28,721 bases of DNA, from contig JBDRGF010000032.1 of the NCBI GenBank assembly GCA_043818055.1, forward strand, positions 1 through 28,721, given 5' to 3'. Shown here in pieces: positions 1 through 8,103 of the stretch. The stretch is from Pseudomonadota bacterium (lineage in GTDB: Bacteria; UBA10199; 2-02-FULL-44-16; JBDRGF01). Below the pieces are notes generated by a model. That model was not told where the DNA came from. It ran no database searches and saw nothing but the letters and a program-made list of their open reading frames with translations. Both the position numbers and the translations under genes were made by a program. Within the stretch, counting starts at the first letter, position 1. The number at the start of each line of letters is the position of its first letter.

Positions 1-4
1 TTAA

Positions 5-1994
5 CCCAAGTTGAGCAGTTAAGCTTCTAAAAGAGGAGTAAGTGTTTGATTTTTAAGAAGAGGGGTGTTGGTTTTTGTCACTACATTTTCAGGCAAAGAG
101 AGACGTTTTGGTGTTTTTAGATTAAGATGTTGCAGGAGTATTTTTAGGGCCGGTTCTGGATTGGAAACAACTCTAAATTTTAAAGGATCTCCTGCAGCCG
201 TGGTTAAAACAACATCCATCGATTTGAGCCCCTTAAATTCTTCAAGAACCTTTCGAGTTGATCGGCCTAAACCTTTTCTTACTAATATTTGCTCTAATGT
301 TCTTTGAAGCACTAAGCTAAGAAAACATATAAAGATGTGAGATTGAACTCGGTGTTCTTTTTGGTGCCACACCGGCCGTATTCCTAAATCTTGTTTGGTC
401 AGCCTAAAAGCCTCTTCAACTCCTGTCAGCCCAATGTAGGCTTTCCAAAGATCTTGGGCTTGCATTTGTTGAGATGCATTGGATCTTAAAAGGTAACAAC
501 CTGCAGAAAGATCTGCCCAGTCTTTATTCTGTTGTATTTTCTCCCACGTTATTTTGAGTCGTTGTTTTTTCCCTTCATCATGGTTTGTTACCTGAATCTC
601 AAAAAAACGAGCTGCTCGAGAATTTGTTTTTAGGAGAGCTCCTATTTTTCTTTGAATTTGATCGCGATTTCGAAGAGGCCGCTTGTCTCGTGATACCGCT
701 TTGGAAAGCTTCTCCAACCCTTGTTCTATTCTTTGAGTAAAGCGCTCAATAATTGCCTTTTCTTTTTCAACACGCATTGAAGAACGGCACAGTACAAATA
801 CTTCATCTTGATATTCTGGTGCCAATACCTTTTTGACTTCCAGATCCTCATACACTTCTTCCCAATCTGACTCTGTCAGTCTTTTTTCAAATTGTTTTAG
901 CATTGATCTTGGGGTTCCTACAATGTAATAGGTACCTCGTTCACGGAGCCATTTAAGGTTATATTCACTCACCATTCCGCGATCCATAGCCCAAATCCGA
1001 GATGCTTTGCCATAAATTGATTCAACTGCTTCAACAACTTCCTCTACCGTAGTCACATCACGCCGATTTCCATCAAAAACCTCATAGTACAATGGAAAAC
1101 CTTCTTTGGTCACCACTAATGCCAATGTCACCTGTTTACAGTCGGATCGTTTATCACGTGAATAGCCCCGTTTAGCCTGAGGATTTGATGAACACTGCCC
1201 TTCAAAATAAGTCGATGTAATGTCATAGAGTAGTAGTTCATAATCCAATTGAAATAACTCTCCATAACGTTTCTTTAAATGTTCGCCTAAAGCAGGTTTA
1301 TGTTCTAAAAGCTGATCCATCGTTCGATAAAGACGATCTTTATTAATTTTATCCGGATTGATCCCAAGAATATCACTTAAACTACTTTGATCGATGTAGC
1401 GTTCACTGATCGCTAATTTGCTCATCGATTCACAAAGTCGGCTCACTACTAAAAATTGAATCATCACCTCCCATGAAATATCTTCTCTACCTTGGCCTAA
1501 CACTCTAGAAAAAAATCGATCCAACTTTAATATTTTCCACATCCCAACACCAATCCAGGCATCACCAAAGTCACGAACTCGTTCTACTTGGATCTTTGTT
1601 GGATCAATTGAAATCGGCGCTACCGTTGGTTTTAGAAAATCCAATTGCTTTGATTCTCTCCTATTGAGAGTTTTTACTAAACCCTGATATTCATCTGCCT
1701 GTTCTGTGGTTAATTCACCTAAATAGCTGATCAGTCGCTGACGTGGTCCTTTGGGGGTACGGTATGTCTCGTTGAGACTCCAATAAAAATGAGTTTTACC
1801 ATCTTTGACGCGTCGGTGTTTTCTCAAGAACATAATCCAAAAATCGCATTTTTTATCCAATGAAACAAGAGGGTAGGTCTGCACTACATTCTATTTTGAT
1901 CTTCTCGGGAGGGGTTAATCGTTATCTTTAGACATGTTACGAAAATAAAAAAATGTAAAAATCCGCTTTTTGACTTATAACTGCTCAACTTGGG
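5..1994 (-). mobile_element. IS1634-family insertion sequence, apparently complete
   Basis: Perfect terminal inverted repeats CCCAAGTTGAGCAGTTA (5-21) / TAACTGCTCAACTTGGG (1978-1994), each flanked by TTAA (1-4, 1995-1998); encloses one DDE transposase; visibly more AT-rich than neighbouring genes. Confidence 0.88.
19..1833 (-). CDS. IS1634-family DDE transposase
   Basis: Probable start MFLRKHRRVKDGKTHFYWSL...GPRQRLISYLG at 1833 (ORF track extends to 1884); motifs YDITSTYFEG, GYSRDKRSDCKQV, MDRGM, VEEAFR..K..LGIRPVWHQ...RVQSHIFICFL; the stop codon lies inside the terminal repeat. Confidence 0.92.
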   Translation of the reverse strand: MFLRKHRRVKDGKTHFYWSLNETYRTPKGPRQRLISYLGELTTEQADEYQGLVKTLNRRESKQLDFLKPTVAPISIDPTKIQVERVRDFGDAWIGVGMWKILKLDRFFSRVLGQGREDISWEVMIQFLVVSRLCESMSKLAISERYIDQSSLSDILGINPDKINKDRLYRTMDQLLEHKPALGEHLKKRYGELFQLDYELLLYDITSTYFEGQCSSNPQAKRGYSRDKRSDCKQVTLALVVTKEGFPLYYEVFDGNRRDVTTVEEVVEAVESIYGKASRIWAMDRGMVSEYNLKWLRERGTYYIVGTPRSMLKQFEKRLTESDWEEVYEDLEVKKVLAPEYQDEVFVLCRSSMRVEKEKAIIERFTQRIEQGLEKLSKAVSRDKRPLRNRDQIQRKIGALLKTNSRAARFFEIQVTNHDEGKKQRLKITWEKIQQNKDWADLSAGCYLLRSNASQQMQAQDLWKAYIGLTGVEEAFRLTKQDLGIRPVWHQKEHRVQSHIFICFLSLVLQRTLEQILVRKGLGRSTRKVLEEFKGLKSMDVVLTTAAGDPLKFRVVSNPEPALKILLQHLNLKTPKRLSLPENVVTKTNTPLLKNQTLTPLLEA

Positions 1995-2290
1995 TTAAGG
2001 CTATTGAAGATTACTATGGCAGGCATCACCCTTTTGAAGAGGGGCGGCTGTTAGGAATTGAAAAGCGCATTGTGATCGATCTCGACGGAACCGGTAAATA
2101 TAAAGTTCAGGGTTTTATCGACCGGCTGATGGAAAGGGAAGATGGTCATTACGAGATACACGATTATAAAACCGCTGGTTCTCTTCCCGAACAACGGTAT
2201 TTGGATAAAGATAGGCAACTGGCGCTTTACGAAATGGGTGTTCGCGTCGCTTGGCCGGATGCCAAAGAGGTCGATCTTGTGTGGCACTAC
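1995..2290 (+). pseudogene. Internal fragment of a PD-(D/E)XK (RecB-like/PDDEXK_1) nuclease gene
   Basis: GIEKRI...QGFIDRL...YEIHDYKT...RQLALY...VDLVWHY; the 5' end is cut by the IS; after VWHY the frame runs into repeat/promoter-like sequence and stops at 2344. Confidence 0.8.
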
Positions 2291-2320
2291 ATCCTACATA
2301 CGCCTTTGCTTCTTAATGGG

Positions 2321-2348
2321 TTGACAACACATCAATTATGGTGAGAAT
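2321..2348 (+). promoter_or_regulatory. Possible sigma70 promoter for the BON lipoprotein gene
   Basis: TTGACA (2321-2326), 16 bp spacer, GAGAAT (2343-2348), 22 bp upstream of ATG 2371. Confidence 0.4.
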
Positions 2349-2370
2349 AGCCCAAAGTTCAGGGGGTAAT

Positions 2371-2805
2371 ATGAAGTTGTTTAGAAGTTTTTTGTTTATT
2401 GCTTTGATCGCGTCTCTTTTTGTCGCGTGTTCCAAAAATCCTCAAAGCAGGGCGTTTCATGATGTCGTGAAGGATAATCTGATAGTCGCGCAGCTGCACT
2501 CCCGTCTTATGAGGGAGTCAGCCACGAAAGATGCCAAGGTCGATCCGGTCTGTTGGCGGGGTGAACTTCTTCTGAAGGGAAACGTCACAGGTGAGGATCA
2601 AAAGCAGGCGGTGTTGAAAATTGCAGAGGGTGTGCCGAATGTTGTGATGGTGAAGGAGCAGCTCACGATTGGTTTTGACGCCGAGAATAGAGAGGTAGAT
2701 ATGTCGGTCGATTCGGCTGATGTTGATGTTGAATCCGATGCCGACTCGGTGGATGAAAATATGACACAGGAAGAGGGGATGGATGCCCCTGAAGAAGATA
2801 ATTAA
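2371..2805 (+). CDS. BON-domain lipoprotein with acidic C-terminal tail
   Basis: Start MKLFRSFLFIALIASLFVAC (lipobox) after GGGGG; BON pattern D..I...L...L....V....GELLLKGNV....QKQAVLKIAEGVPNVVMVKEQL; D/E-rich tail. Confidence 0.8.
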   Translation: MKLFRSFLFIALIASLFVACSKNPQSRAFHDVVKDNLIVAQLHSRLMRESATKDAKVDPVCWRGELLLKGNVTGEDQKQAVLKIAEGVPNVVMVKEQLTIGFDAENREVDMSVDSADVDVESDADSVDENMTQEEGMDAPEEDN

Positions 2806-2831
2806 TTTAAAAAAAATATGGAGGAAATTTT

Positions 2832-3713
2832 ATGATTAAACGATTTTTAGCAGTTGCCCTGATCAGCTCTTTGTTTTTACTCACGCCTTTTTTGTCGCAC
2901 GCCGTGAAGACGACCTATATTGCGAACAATCATCGTTTTGATTCGGTGCTCCTCAAAGAGGTTTCGAGCAAGGTTGCTGAGGAGAGGACGATGACGCAGC
3001 CGGTGCAGTTGGATAGGGGTACGCTTCGCAATATCCTCGGAGCAGTCACGATTACGAAGAGGAATTTCGGCAGTAAGAAGATTCATACCATCCATGTATT
3101 CGATGGCCCAGCGCTCGATTTTATGACCGACAGTCTCGACAAGGCCTTTGCGCAGGCGACAAGTTTTGAAGAGGTGCAGTTTTCTTTTCTTTCCAAGAAT
3201 CCGATGATCATCATAAAGAACGACAGGCTCACCATAGGCAAGGCCTGGATTCACGAGAATGAGTTGCATATTAAGTTTAGCAAGCTGTGGGCTAAGGTCA
3301 CGATGGACACGGATAAGCGGGGAAACGAGAGGCGCGCTATGCAGTCCGCTAAAGGATTGAGGATAAAACTCAATTCCGCCCCAGGGATAATAGCGGTGAG
3401 CGATGAATATCTCATTGCGGATCTGAAAAGCGAATTTGCCGCCCCCGGTGAAGATGTCGAAATGGATGAGACAACTGCCGCGGCAGTCCCTGTTGCCGCA
3501 ACAAAAGATTCTAAGACAACAGTTGCCAGCAAATCCAAAAAAGGTTCCAAAAAATCTGCAGCCGCAGCTGAGGTTTCAGACGAAACGACATCTTCAGGCG
3601 TAAAAGCCCCTCCCGAGGAGCGCCTCGAAACATTAAAAAAACTCAAAGACAAGGGCTTCATCTCCGACAAAGAATACTTTAATAAAAAGCAGGAGATATT
3701 GAAGGAACTATAA
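2832..3713 (+). CDS. Exported protein with C-terminal SHOCT domain
   Basis: GGAGGA RBS, Sec signal peptide, A/K/S-rich linker, C-terminal EERLETLKKLKDKGFISDKEYFNKKQEILKEL typical of SHOCT. Confidence 0.8.
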   Translation: MIKRFLAVALISSLFLLTPFLSHAVKTTYIANNHRFDSVLLKEVSSKVAEERTMTQPVQLDRGTLRNILGAVTITKRNFGSKKIHTIHVFDGPALDFMTDSLDKAFAQATSFEEVQFSFLSKNPMIIIKNDRLTIGKAWIHENELHIKFSKLWAKVTMDTDKRGNERRAMQSAKGLRIKLNSAPGIIAVSDEYLIADLKSEFAAPGEDVEMDETTAAAVPVAATKDSKTTVASKSKKGSKKSAAAAEVSDETTSSGVKAPPEERLETLKKLKDKGFISDKEYFNKKQEILKEL

Positions 3714-3726
3714 CAATAAAGAAGAG

Positions 3727-3826
3727 CAATTAACAATTATCAATAACCAATTAACAATAAGGAAAAGGCAATTTACAATATACAATATTCAATTTCCAAT
3801 AATTGTTAATTGGCAATTGTTAATTG
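3727..3826. repeat. 7-bp-phased array: 10x CAAT-NNN followed by 4x inverted ATTG-NNN
   Basis: CAAT at 3727, 3734, 3741, 3748, 3755, 3769, 3776, 3783, 3790, 3797; ATTG at 3802, 3809, 3816, 3823. Confidence 0.9.
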
Positions 3827-3839
3827 GAGATTAGATGTA

Positions 3840-4571
3840 ATGAAGAGAGCGCGCATTGACAAACTTCTTGTAGATCGTGGAATTGCCTCCTCTTTGAAGA
3901 ATGCTGTAAGCCTTGTCATTTCAGGTAACGTGCTTGTCGATGAAAAACCGGCTGTTAAACCGGGTGACCTGATCAATCCAGATTCAGAAATCAGAATAAA
4001 GGGTAAAGGGCATGCATTTGTCGGCAGGGGAGGCGTTAAGCTAGCTGGTGCGCTTGAACATTTTAAAATAGATGTAAAAGATAAGATTTGTATCGATGCA
4101 GGGGCATCGACCGGGGGATTTACAGACTGTCTTTTAAAGGCCGGGGCAACCAAAATATACGCAATCGATGTCGGCTATGGCCAGCTCTCGTGGGAGTTGA
4201 GGAACGATTCCCGCGTCGTGGTTTTGGAACGCACAAATATTAGAACTATCGACCCGAAACTTATACCGGATACGATCGATCTGATCGTCGCCGATCTCTC
4301 CTTCATATCGCTTACGCTTGTGTTCGAATCCTTCGATAAGTTTATAGCTCCAGGTGCCCAAATCATCGCCCTCATTAAACCCCAGTTTGAACTTCCAAAG
4401 GAAAAGATCGAAAAGGGGGGTATCGTCAGGGATGACGCCGCAAGAGGAGAGGCCGTTGAGAAGGTACGTAAAGCAGGAGAGGCGAGAGGCTGGAAGTTCA
4501 AGGGCATCAAGGAGTCCCCGATAAAGGGTGCCAAGGGGAACGTAGAATACCTGATACATTTTATAAAGTAA
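3840..4571 (+). CDS. tlyA: TlyA-family rRNA 2'-O-methyltransferase (S4 + FtsJ domains)
   Basis: RIDKLLVDRG, FVGRGGVKL, IDAGASTGGFTDCLL, AIDVGYGQL, DLSFISL, LIKPQFE, SPIKGAKGNVEY. Confidence 0.95.
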   Translation: MKRARIDKLLVDRGIASSLKNAVSLVISGNVLVDEKPAVKPGDLINPDSEIRIKGKGHAFVGRGGVKLAGALEHFKIDVKDKICIDAGASTGGFTDCLLKAGATKIYAIDVGYGQLSWELRNDSRVVVLERTNIRTIDPKLIPDTIDLIVADLSFISLTLVFESFDKFIAPGAQIIALIKPQFELPKEKIEKGGIVRDDAARGEAVEKVRKAGEARGWKFKGIKESPIKGAKGNVEYLIHFIK

Positions 4572-4634
4572 TTTGAGTGATGGGGAGTTTTTAACTATCG
4601 ACTTTCCCTTGATGGGACCAATGCAAAACTAAAA

Positions 4635-4696
4635 TGTAGGGGCAACCCCCCGTGGTTGCCCTCTTAAAAGGGCAGGCACGGGGGCCTGCCCCTACA
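4635..4696. repeat. GTAG-type REP doublet (REPIN-like)
   Basis: TGTAGGGGCAACCCCCCGTGGTTGCCC ... GGGCAGGCACGGGGGCCTGCCCCTACA: two hairpins in inverted orientation with GTAG/CTAC ends. Confidence 0.85.
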
Positions 4697-4744
4697 AAAA
4701 CATTAAAAAGAGCGACTTTAGCAACAGTCTTTTAACCCTCTTCC

Positions 4745-4773
4745 TTGCACTATTTGAATCTCAATGATATGTT
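4745..4773 (+). promoter_or_regulatory. Possible sigma70 promoter for the TPR gene
   Basis: TTGCAC, 17 bp spacer, TATGTT, with extended -10 TG at 4765-4766. Confidence 0.4.
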
Positions 4774-4809
4774 CACCCATTGTTAATTGCTTTTTTTAAG
4801 GAGTTTACT

Positions 4810-6402
4810 TTGAAAAAACTTTTATTGTTTTTCATGATCCTCTCATTCACTGCCTGTGCGACCGTGAAGATTCCGCTCATCTCGAAGCCATGCAAGAAGG
4901 ACCCTTACTGGTGGTTTTTGAAGGCCAGCTTTGATGATCTTAGCGGAGACTACAAATCCTCCACGAAGGAGTTCACAAAGCTCGTCAACAAATATCCCGA
5001 TTCAGCATATATGCAATATTTGCTGGCGATATCTTTGATAAACGATCGAAAGCTCGATGAAGCGATTGTCAGCTGCAATAAATCATTAGAGCTGGATCCA
5101 AATTTAATTGAGGCGCAAGTCTTGTTGGGAAAAATTTATTACGTCAAAGGCGATTTTTCCAAGGCGGCGCCAGCTTTTGAAAAGGCGCTGAAAAAGGAAT
5201 ACAGCGATGAAACGTGCATACTTCTCTCGAAACAGTACATCGAGATAAAGGATAACTCAAAGGCTATAGAGGTTGTAAAAGGTTGTATTGTGAAAAGCCC
5301 CGACTCGGCATCCTTGTATCTGGTGCTGGGCTCGATCTATTCCACCAGATTAAAGAATTATAATTTCGCCAGGAAGTATCTCGACAAGGCTCTGAGCCTT
5401 GATCCTGAAAATGCCCAACTGCTGGGTCTGCTCGCCCAGATTGCGATGGAGGCGAAGGATCAGAAGGGTGCTCTAAAATACTTATTGCAGATGGAACTTG
5501 CTGATCCGACAGATGTCACTATCAAGATCAAGCTTGCGCTGATATATTATGATATGGGGGACAAGGATAAGGCGGTCGAAGCTTTTAAACTTCTTTTGGA
5601 AGTGAACGAGGATGCCGACCGGATAAGATATTCACTAGGACTTCTATACGACGAGATGGGGAAGAAGGAGGAGGCGCTGAGGGAGTATGATCTCATTCCT
5701 GTCAAATCGAGCTATTATGTCGAGACGAGAATTCGCATCGCTAATTACTATAACACAACAGGGGAGTGGAAGAAGGCGCTCGATGTTATAAGAGAGAGCT
5801 ACAAGAAAAAGCCTGATTCGATTAGCCTCTACGAATTCGGCGCGGCGATAGGCGAGGAACATGAGGATTATAAAGAGACCGCTTCGATTTTAGAGGATGG
5901 GCATAAAGCACTTCCAAAGGATGAGAAGATCCTCTTTTGGCTCGGTTTGATTTACGAGAGGATGGGAAATCGTGAATTGGCGCTTCAGAAGATGAAAGCG
6001 GTGTTGAAGTTGAATCCTGAAAATCCCGACGCGCTCAACTATATCGGTTACACATACGCGGATATGGGCATCAATCTTGACGAAGCACTGGAATTGACGG
6101 TGCAGGCGCTGATGTTGAAACCCGACAGCCCCTATATAATGGATAGTATCGCGTGGGTATATATCAAGATGGGAAAACTCGATGAGGCCACAAGTTATCT
6201 TGAAAAGGCTGTGCAGAAATCTCCTGATGAAGTTGTGATCATGGGTCACATGGGGGAACTAAAATATTTACGGGGTGATAAAGCTGGGGCACTGGAATAT
6301 TTCAAAAAAGCTTTGGCTATCGCTTTAACTAAAAAAGTTTATTTGAATCCGGCAGAGAGGGCGTGGATAGAGTCGAGGATCAAGATGTTGGAGGGTGAAT
6401 GA
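4810..6402 (+). CDS. Tetratricopeptide-repeat lipoprotein
   Basis: AAGGAG RBS then TTG start; lipobox FTAC; multiple TPRs; C-terminal ALNYIGYTYAD...P....IMDSIAWVYIKMG motif of the TPR family usually found upstream of lolB. Confidence 0.88.
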   Translation: MKKLLLFFMILSFTACATVKIPLISKPCKKDPYWWFLKASFDDLSGDYKSSTKEFTKLVNKYPDSAYMQYLLAISLINDRKLDEAIVSCNKSLELDPNLIEAQVLLGKIYYVKGDFSKAAPAFEKALKKEYSDETCILLSKQYIEIKDNSKAIEVVKGCIVKSPDSASLYLVLGSIYSTRLKNYNFARKYLDKALSLDPENAQLLGLLAQIAMEAKDQKGALKYLLQMELADPTDVTIKIKLALIYYDMGDKDKAVEAFKLLLEVNEDADRIRYSLGLLYDEMGKKEEALREYDLIPVKSSYYVETRIRIANYYNTTGEWKKALDVIRESYKKKPDSISLYEFGAAIGEEHEDYKETASILEDGHKALPKDEKILFWLGLIYERMGNRELALQKMKAVLKLNPENPDALNYIGYTYADMGINLDEALELTVQALMLKPDSPYIMDSIAWVYIKMGKLDEATSYLEKAVQKSPDEVVIMGHMGELKYLRGDKAGALEYFKKALAIALTKKVYLNPAERAWIESRIKMLEGE

Positions 6403-6914
6403 GGGGGATGAAATTTTTTCTCATCTTCCCAATTATTTTTATTTTACTGGCAGGTTGCGCGCGAAGCAGGGCTATTCAACCATATAGCGGAGAGATAAAG
6501 AGCCTCAAGGCATTTGCTACTTTTAAAATTTCAGGCGCTGACTGGACGAGACGGTTTGACGCTGCGATTCTCGTATATCCGCCGAATAGGTTCAGGGTCG
6601 ATTTTTTCGATCCGATCGGTAATTCAATTTTTTCCGCCGGCTTCGATGGTAAAAGGGGCTGGGGTCTGAGGGCTTTAAAAAATACGGGACTCGATCTTGA
6701 GCCGGCAGAGTTTGCAAAAGTTTTGCTCGGAGAAAAAGTTGAGGGACTTGAAGTCTCTTTTTTGAATTATAAAAAGCACAAAGGGATTTCCTTTCCACAT
6801 GAGATAGAGTTGGGCGGACTTAAGAAGAATGTCTCCGTTGAGATTCTCTTCAGAGATGTCGATCTCAATAATGGAATTTCCGATGAGCGTTTTCGTAAGG
6901 GGGAAATGATGTGA
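6399..6914 (+). CDS. LolB-like / DUF4292-like lipoprotein
   Basis: Lipobox LAGC; PNRFRVDFFDPIG motif; overlaps the TPR gene stop; start may be 6408. Confidence 0.6.
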   Translation: MRGMKFFLIFPIIFILLAGCARSRAIQPYSGEIKSLKAFATFKISGADWTRRFDAAILVYPPNRFRVDFFDPIGNSIFSAGFDGKRGWGLRALKNTGLDLEPAEFAKVLLGEKVEGLEVSFLNYKKHKGISFPHEIELGGLKKNVSVEILFRDVDLNNGISDERFRKGEMM

Positions 6915-6924
6915 TGTGATGGCG

Positions 6925-6945
6925 CTCCCCCTTGATAAGGGGGAG
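6925..6945. repeat. CTCCCCCTT-N3-AAGGGGGAG palindrome
   Basis: Perfect 9-bp stem; related copy at 12757-12780. Confidence 0.7.
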
Positions 6946-6966
6946 TTAGTTCAATAACAGGAATTT

Positions 6967-7030
6967 TGTAGGGGCGGGTTTCAAACCCGCCCGAGAACGA
7001 ACTAGGGCAGGTTTAAAACCTGCCCCTACA
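6967..7030. repeat. GTAG-type REP doublet
   Basis: TGTAGGGGCGGGTTTCAAACCCGCCC...GGGCAGGTTTAAAACCTGCCCCTACA; arms nearly identical to 9638-9702. Confidence 0.9.
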
Positions 7031-7068
7031 AAGACATCATTAGGTAACAGTATTTTGGGGGAATTTTA

Positions 7069-8052
7069 GTGACGCTTTTAGATGTAAAAAATCTTTGTAC
7101 TGAGTTCAGGGTGGATGGAAAGGTTTTGAAGGCAGTCGATTCAGCCTCCTTTCATCTCAAGAGGGGGGAGACGCTTGGAATAGTCGGCGAGTCGGGCTGC
7201 GGCAAGAGCGTGATGGCGCTATCCCTTTTGAAACTCATCCCAAGCCCACCCGGACATATCGCCTCAGGTTCTGTGTTTTTGAAAACGGATGGTGTTGACG
7301 CGGATCTCATGACCCTTTCCGAAAATGAGATGCTCAAAATCAGAGGCGCAAAAATTTCAATGATCTTTCAGGATCCTCTCGTCTCACTGGATCCAGTCTA
7401 TACTATTGGCAATCAGATAATCGAGGCAATACGCTCGCATAATTCCGTCGGCCATAAAGATGCAAAGGCAAGAGCTCTCAAACTTCTGGACCTCGTGGGG
7501 ATGCCCGATCCCGCAGCGAGGATCAAAGAATATCCGCATCAACTCTCCGGAGGAATGAGGCAGCGTGTGATGATAGCGATGGCGCTTGCCTGTTCGCCAG
7601 AGATTCTGATCGCCGATGAACCGACCACATCGCTCGACGTGACGATTCAGGCGCAGATTCTGGAGCTGATTTCACGCTTGCAAAAGGAGCTGGGGATGAG
7701 TGTCATGCTCATCACGCACGATTTCGGAATCGTGGCCGAGATGGCGGATCGGGTTATGGTGATGTACGCCGGACAGATAGTTGAAGAGGGAAGTACGGAT
7801 GAAATTTTCAATTCGCCAAAGCATCCATATACTCAAGCTCTTTTGAAAGCGGTCTTGCCCGCTGAGAAGAAAATGAGAGGCGCAACACTTTCGACAATAC
7901 CTGGGAGGGTGCCGGATTTAGGCGATCTCCCAAAGGGTTGCTATTTTCAGAACCGCTGTTCAAGGGTGAAGGATCGCTGCAGAATTGAGAGCGTACCAAA
8001 CGACCCCTGCGGTATTGGAAGAGTGGTGAGGTGTTTTTATTGTAATGAGTAG
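7069..8052 (+). CDS. dppD: Oligo/dipeptide ABC transporter ATP-binding subunit (DppD/OppD type)
   Basis: GESGCGKS, MIFQDP, YPHQLSGGMRQR, ILIADEPTT, ITHD, HPYT and C-terminal Cys cluster. Confidence 0.9.
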   Translation: MTLLDVKNLCTEFRVDGKVLKAVDSASFHLKRGETLGIVGESGCGKSVMALSLLKLIPSPPGHIASGSVFLKTDGVDADLMTLSENEMLKIRGAKISMIFQDPLVSLDPVYTIGNQIIEAIRSHNSVGHKDAKARALKLLDLVGMPDPAARIKEYPHQLSGGMRQRVMIAMALACSPEILIADEPTTSLDVTIQAQILELISRLQKELGMSVMLITHDFGIVAEMADRVMVMYAGQIVEEGSTDEIFNSPKHPYTQALLKAVLPAEKKMRGATLSTIPGRVPDLGDLPKGCYFQNRCSRVKDRCRIESVPNDPCGIGRVVRCFYCNE

Positions 8053-8076
8053 GGGCGGCTCGCGAACCGCCCGTAC
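8049..8076. repeat. Single GTAG-type REP overlapping the dppD stop codon
   Basis: GTAGGGGCGGCTCGCGAACCGCCCGTAC; its TAG (8050-8052) is the stop codon. Confidence 0.8.
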
Positions 8077-8103
8077 GCTGAGGAACCAGTTGCCGGATTT
8101 ATT

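Noticed and set aside
2284..2292. GCACTACAT at the pseudogene breakpoint is identical to IS subterminal sequence at 1881-1889
   Set aside because: A 9-bp match already explained by the Trp-His-Tyr codons plus the repeat arm; likely coincidence.
1970..2344. Intact 124-aa Cas4-like gene as called in the ORF track
   Set aside because: The start codon lies inside the IS end and the tail is repeat/promoter sequence; it is a fragment with no CRISPR context.
3727..3826. Possible CRISPR array (also considered for the other repeat clusters)
   Set aside because: Units are 7 bp with no 23-47 bp repeats or unique spacers, and there are no cas genes.
4707..4734. GACTTTAGCAACAGTCT resembling an IS/MITE end
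   Set aside because: No matching inverted partner or target duplication was found nearby.
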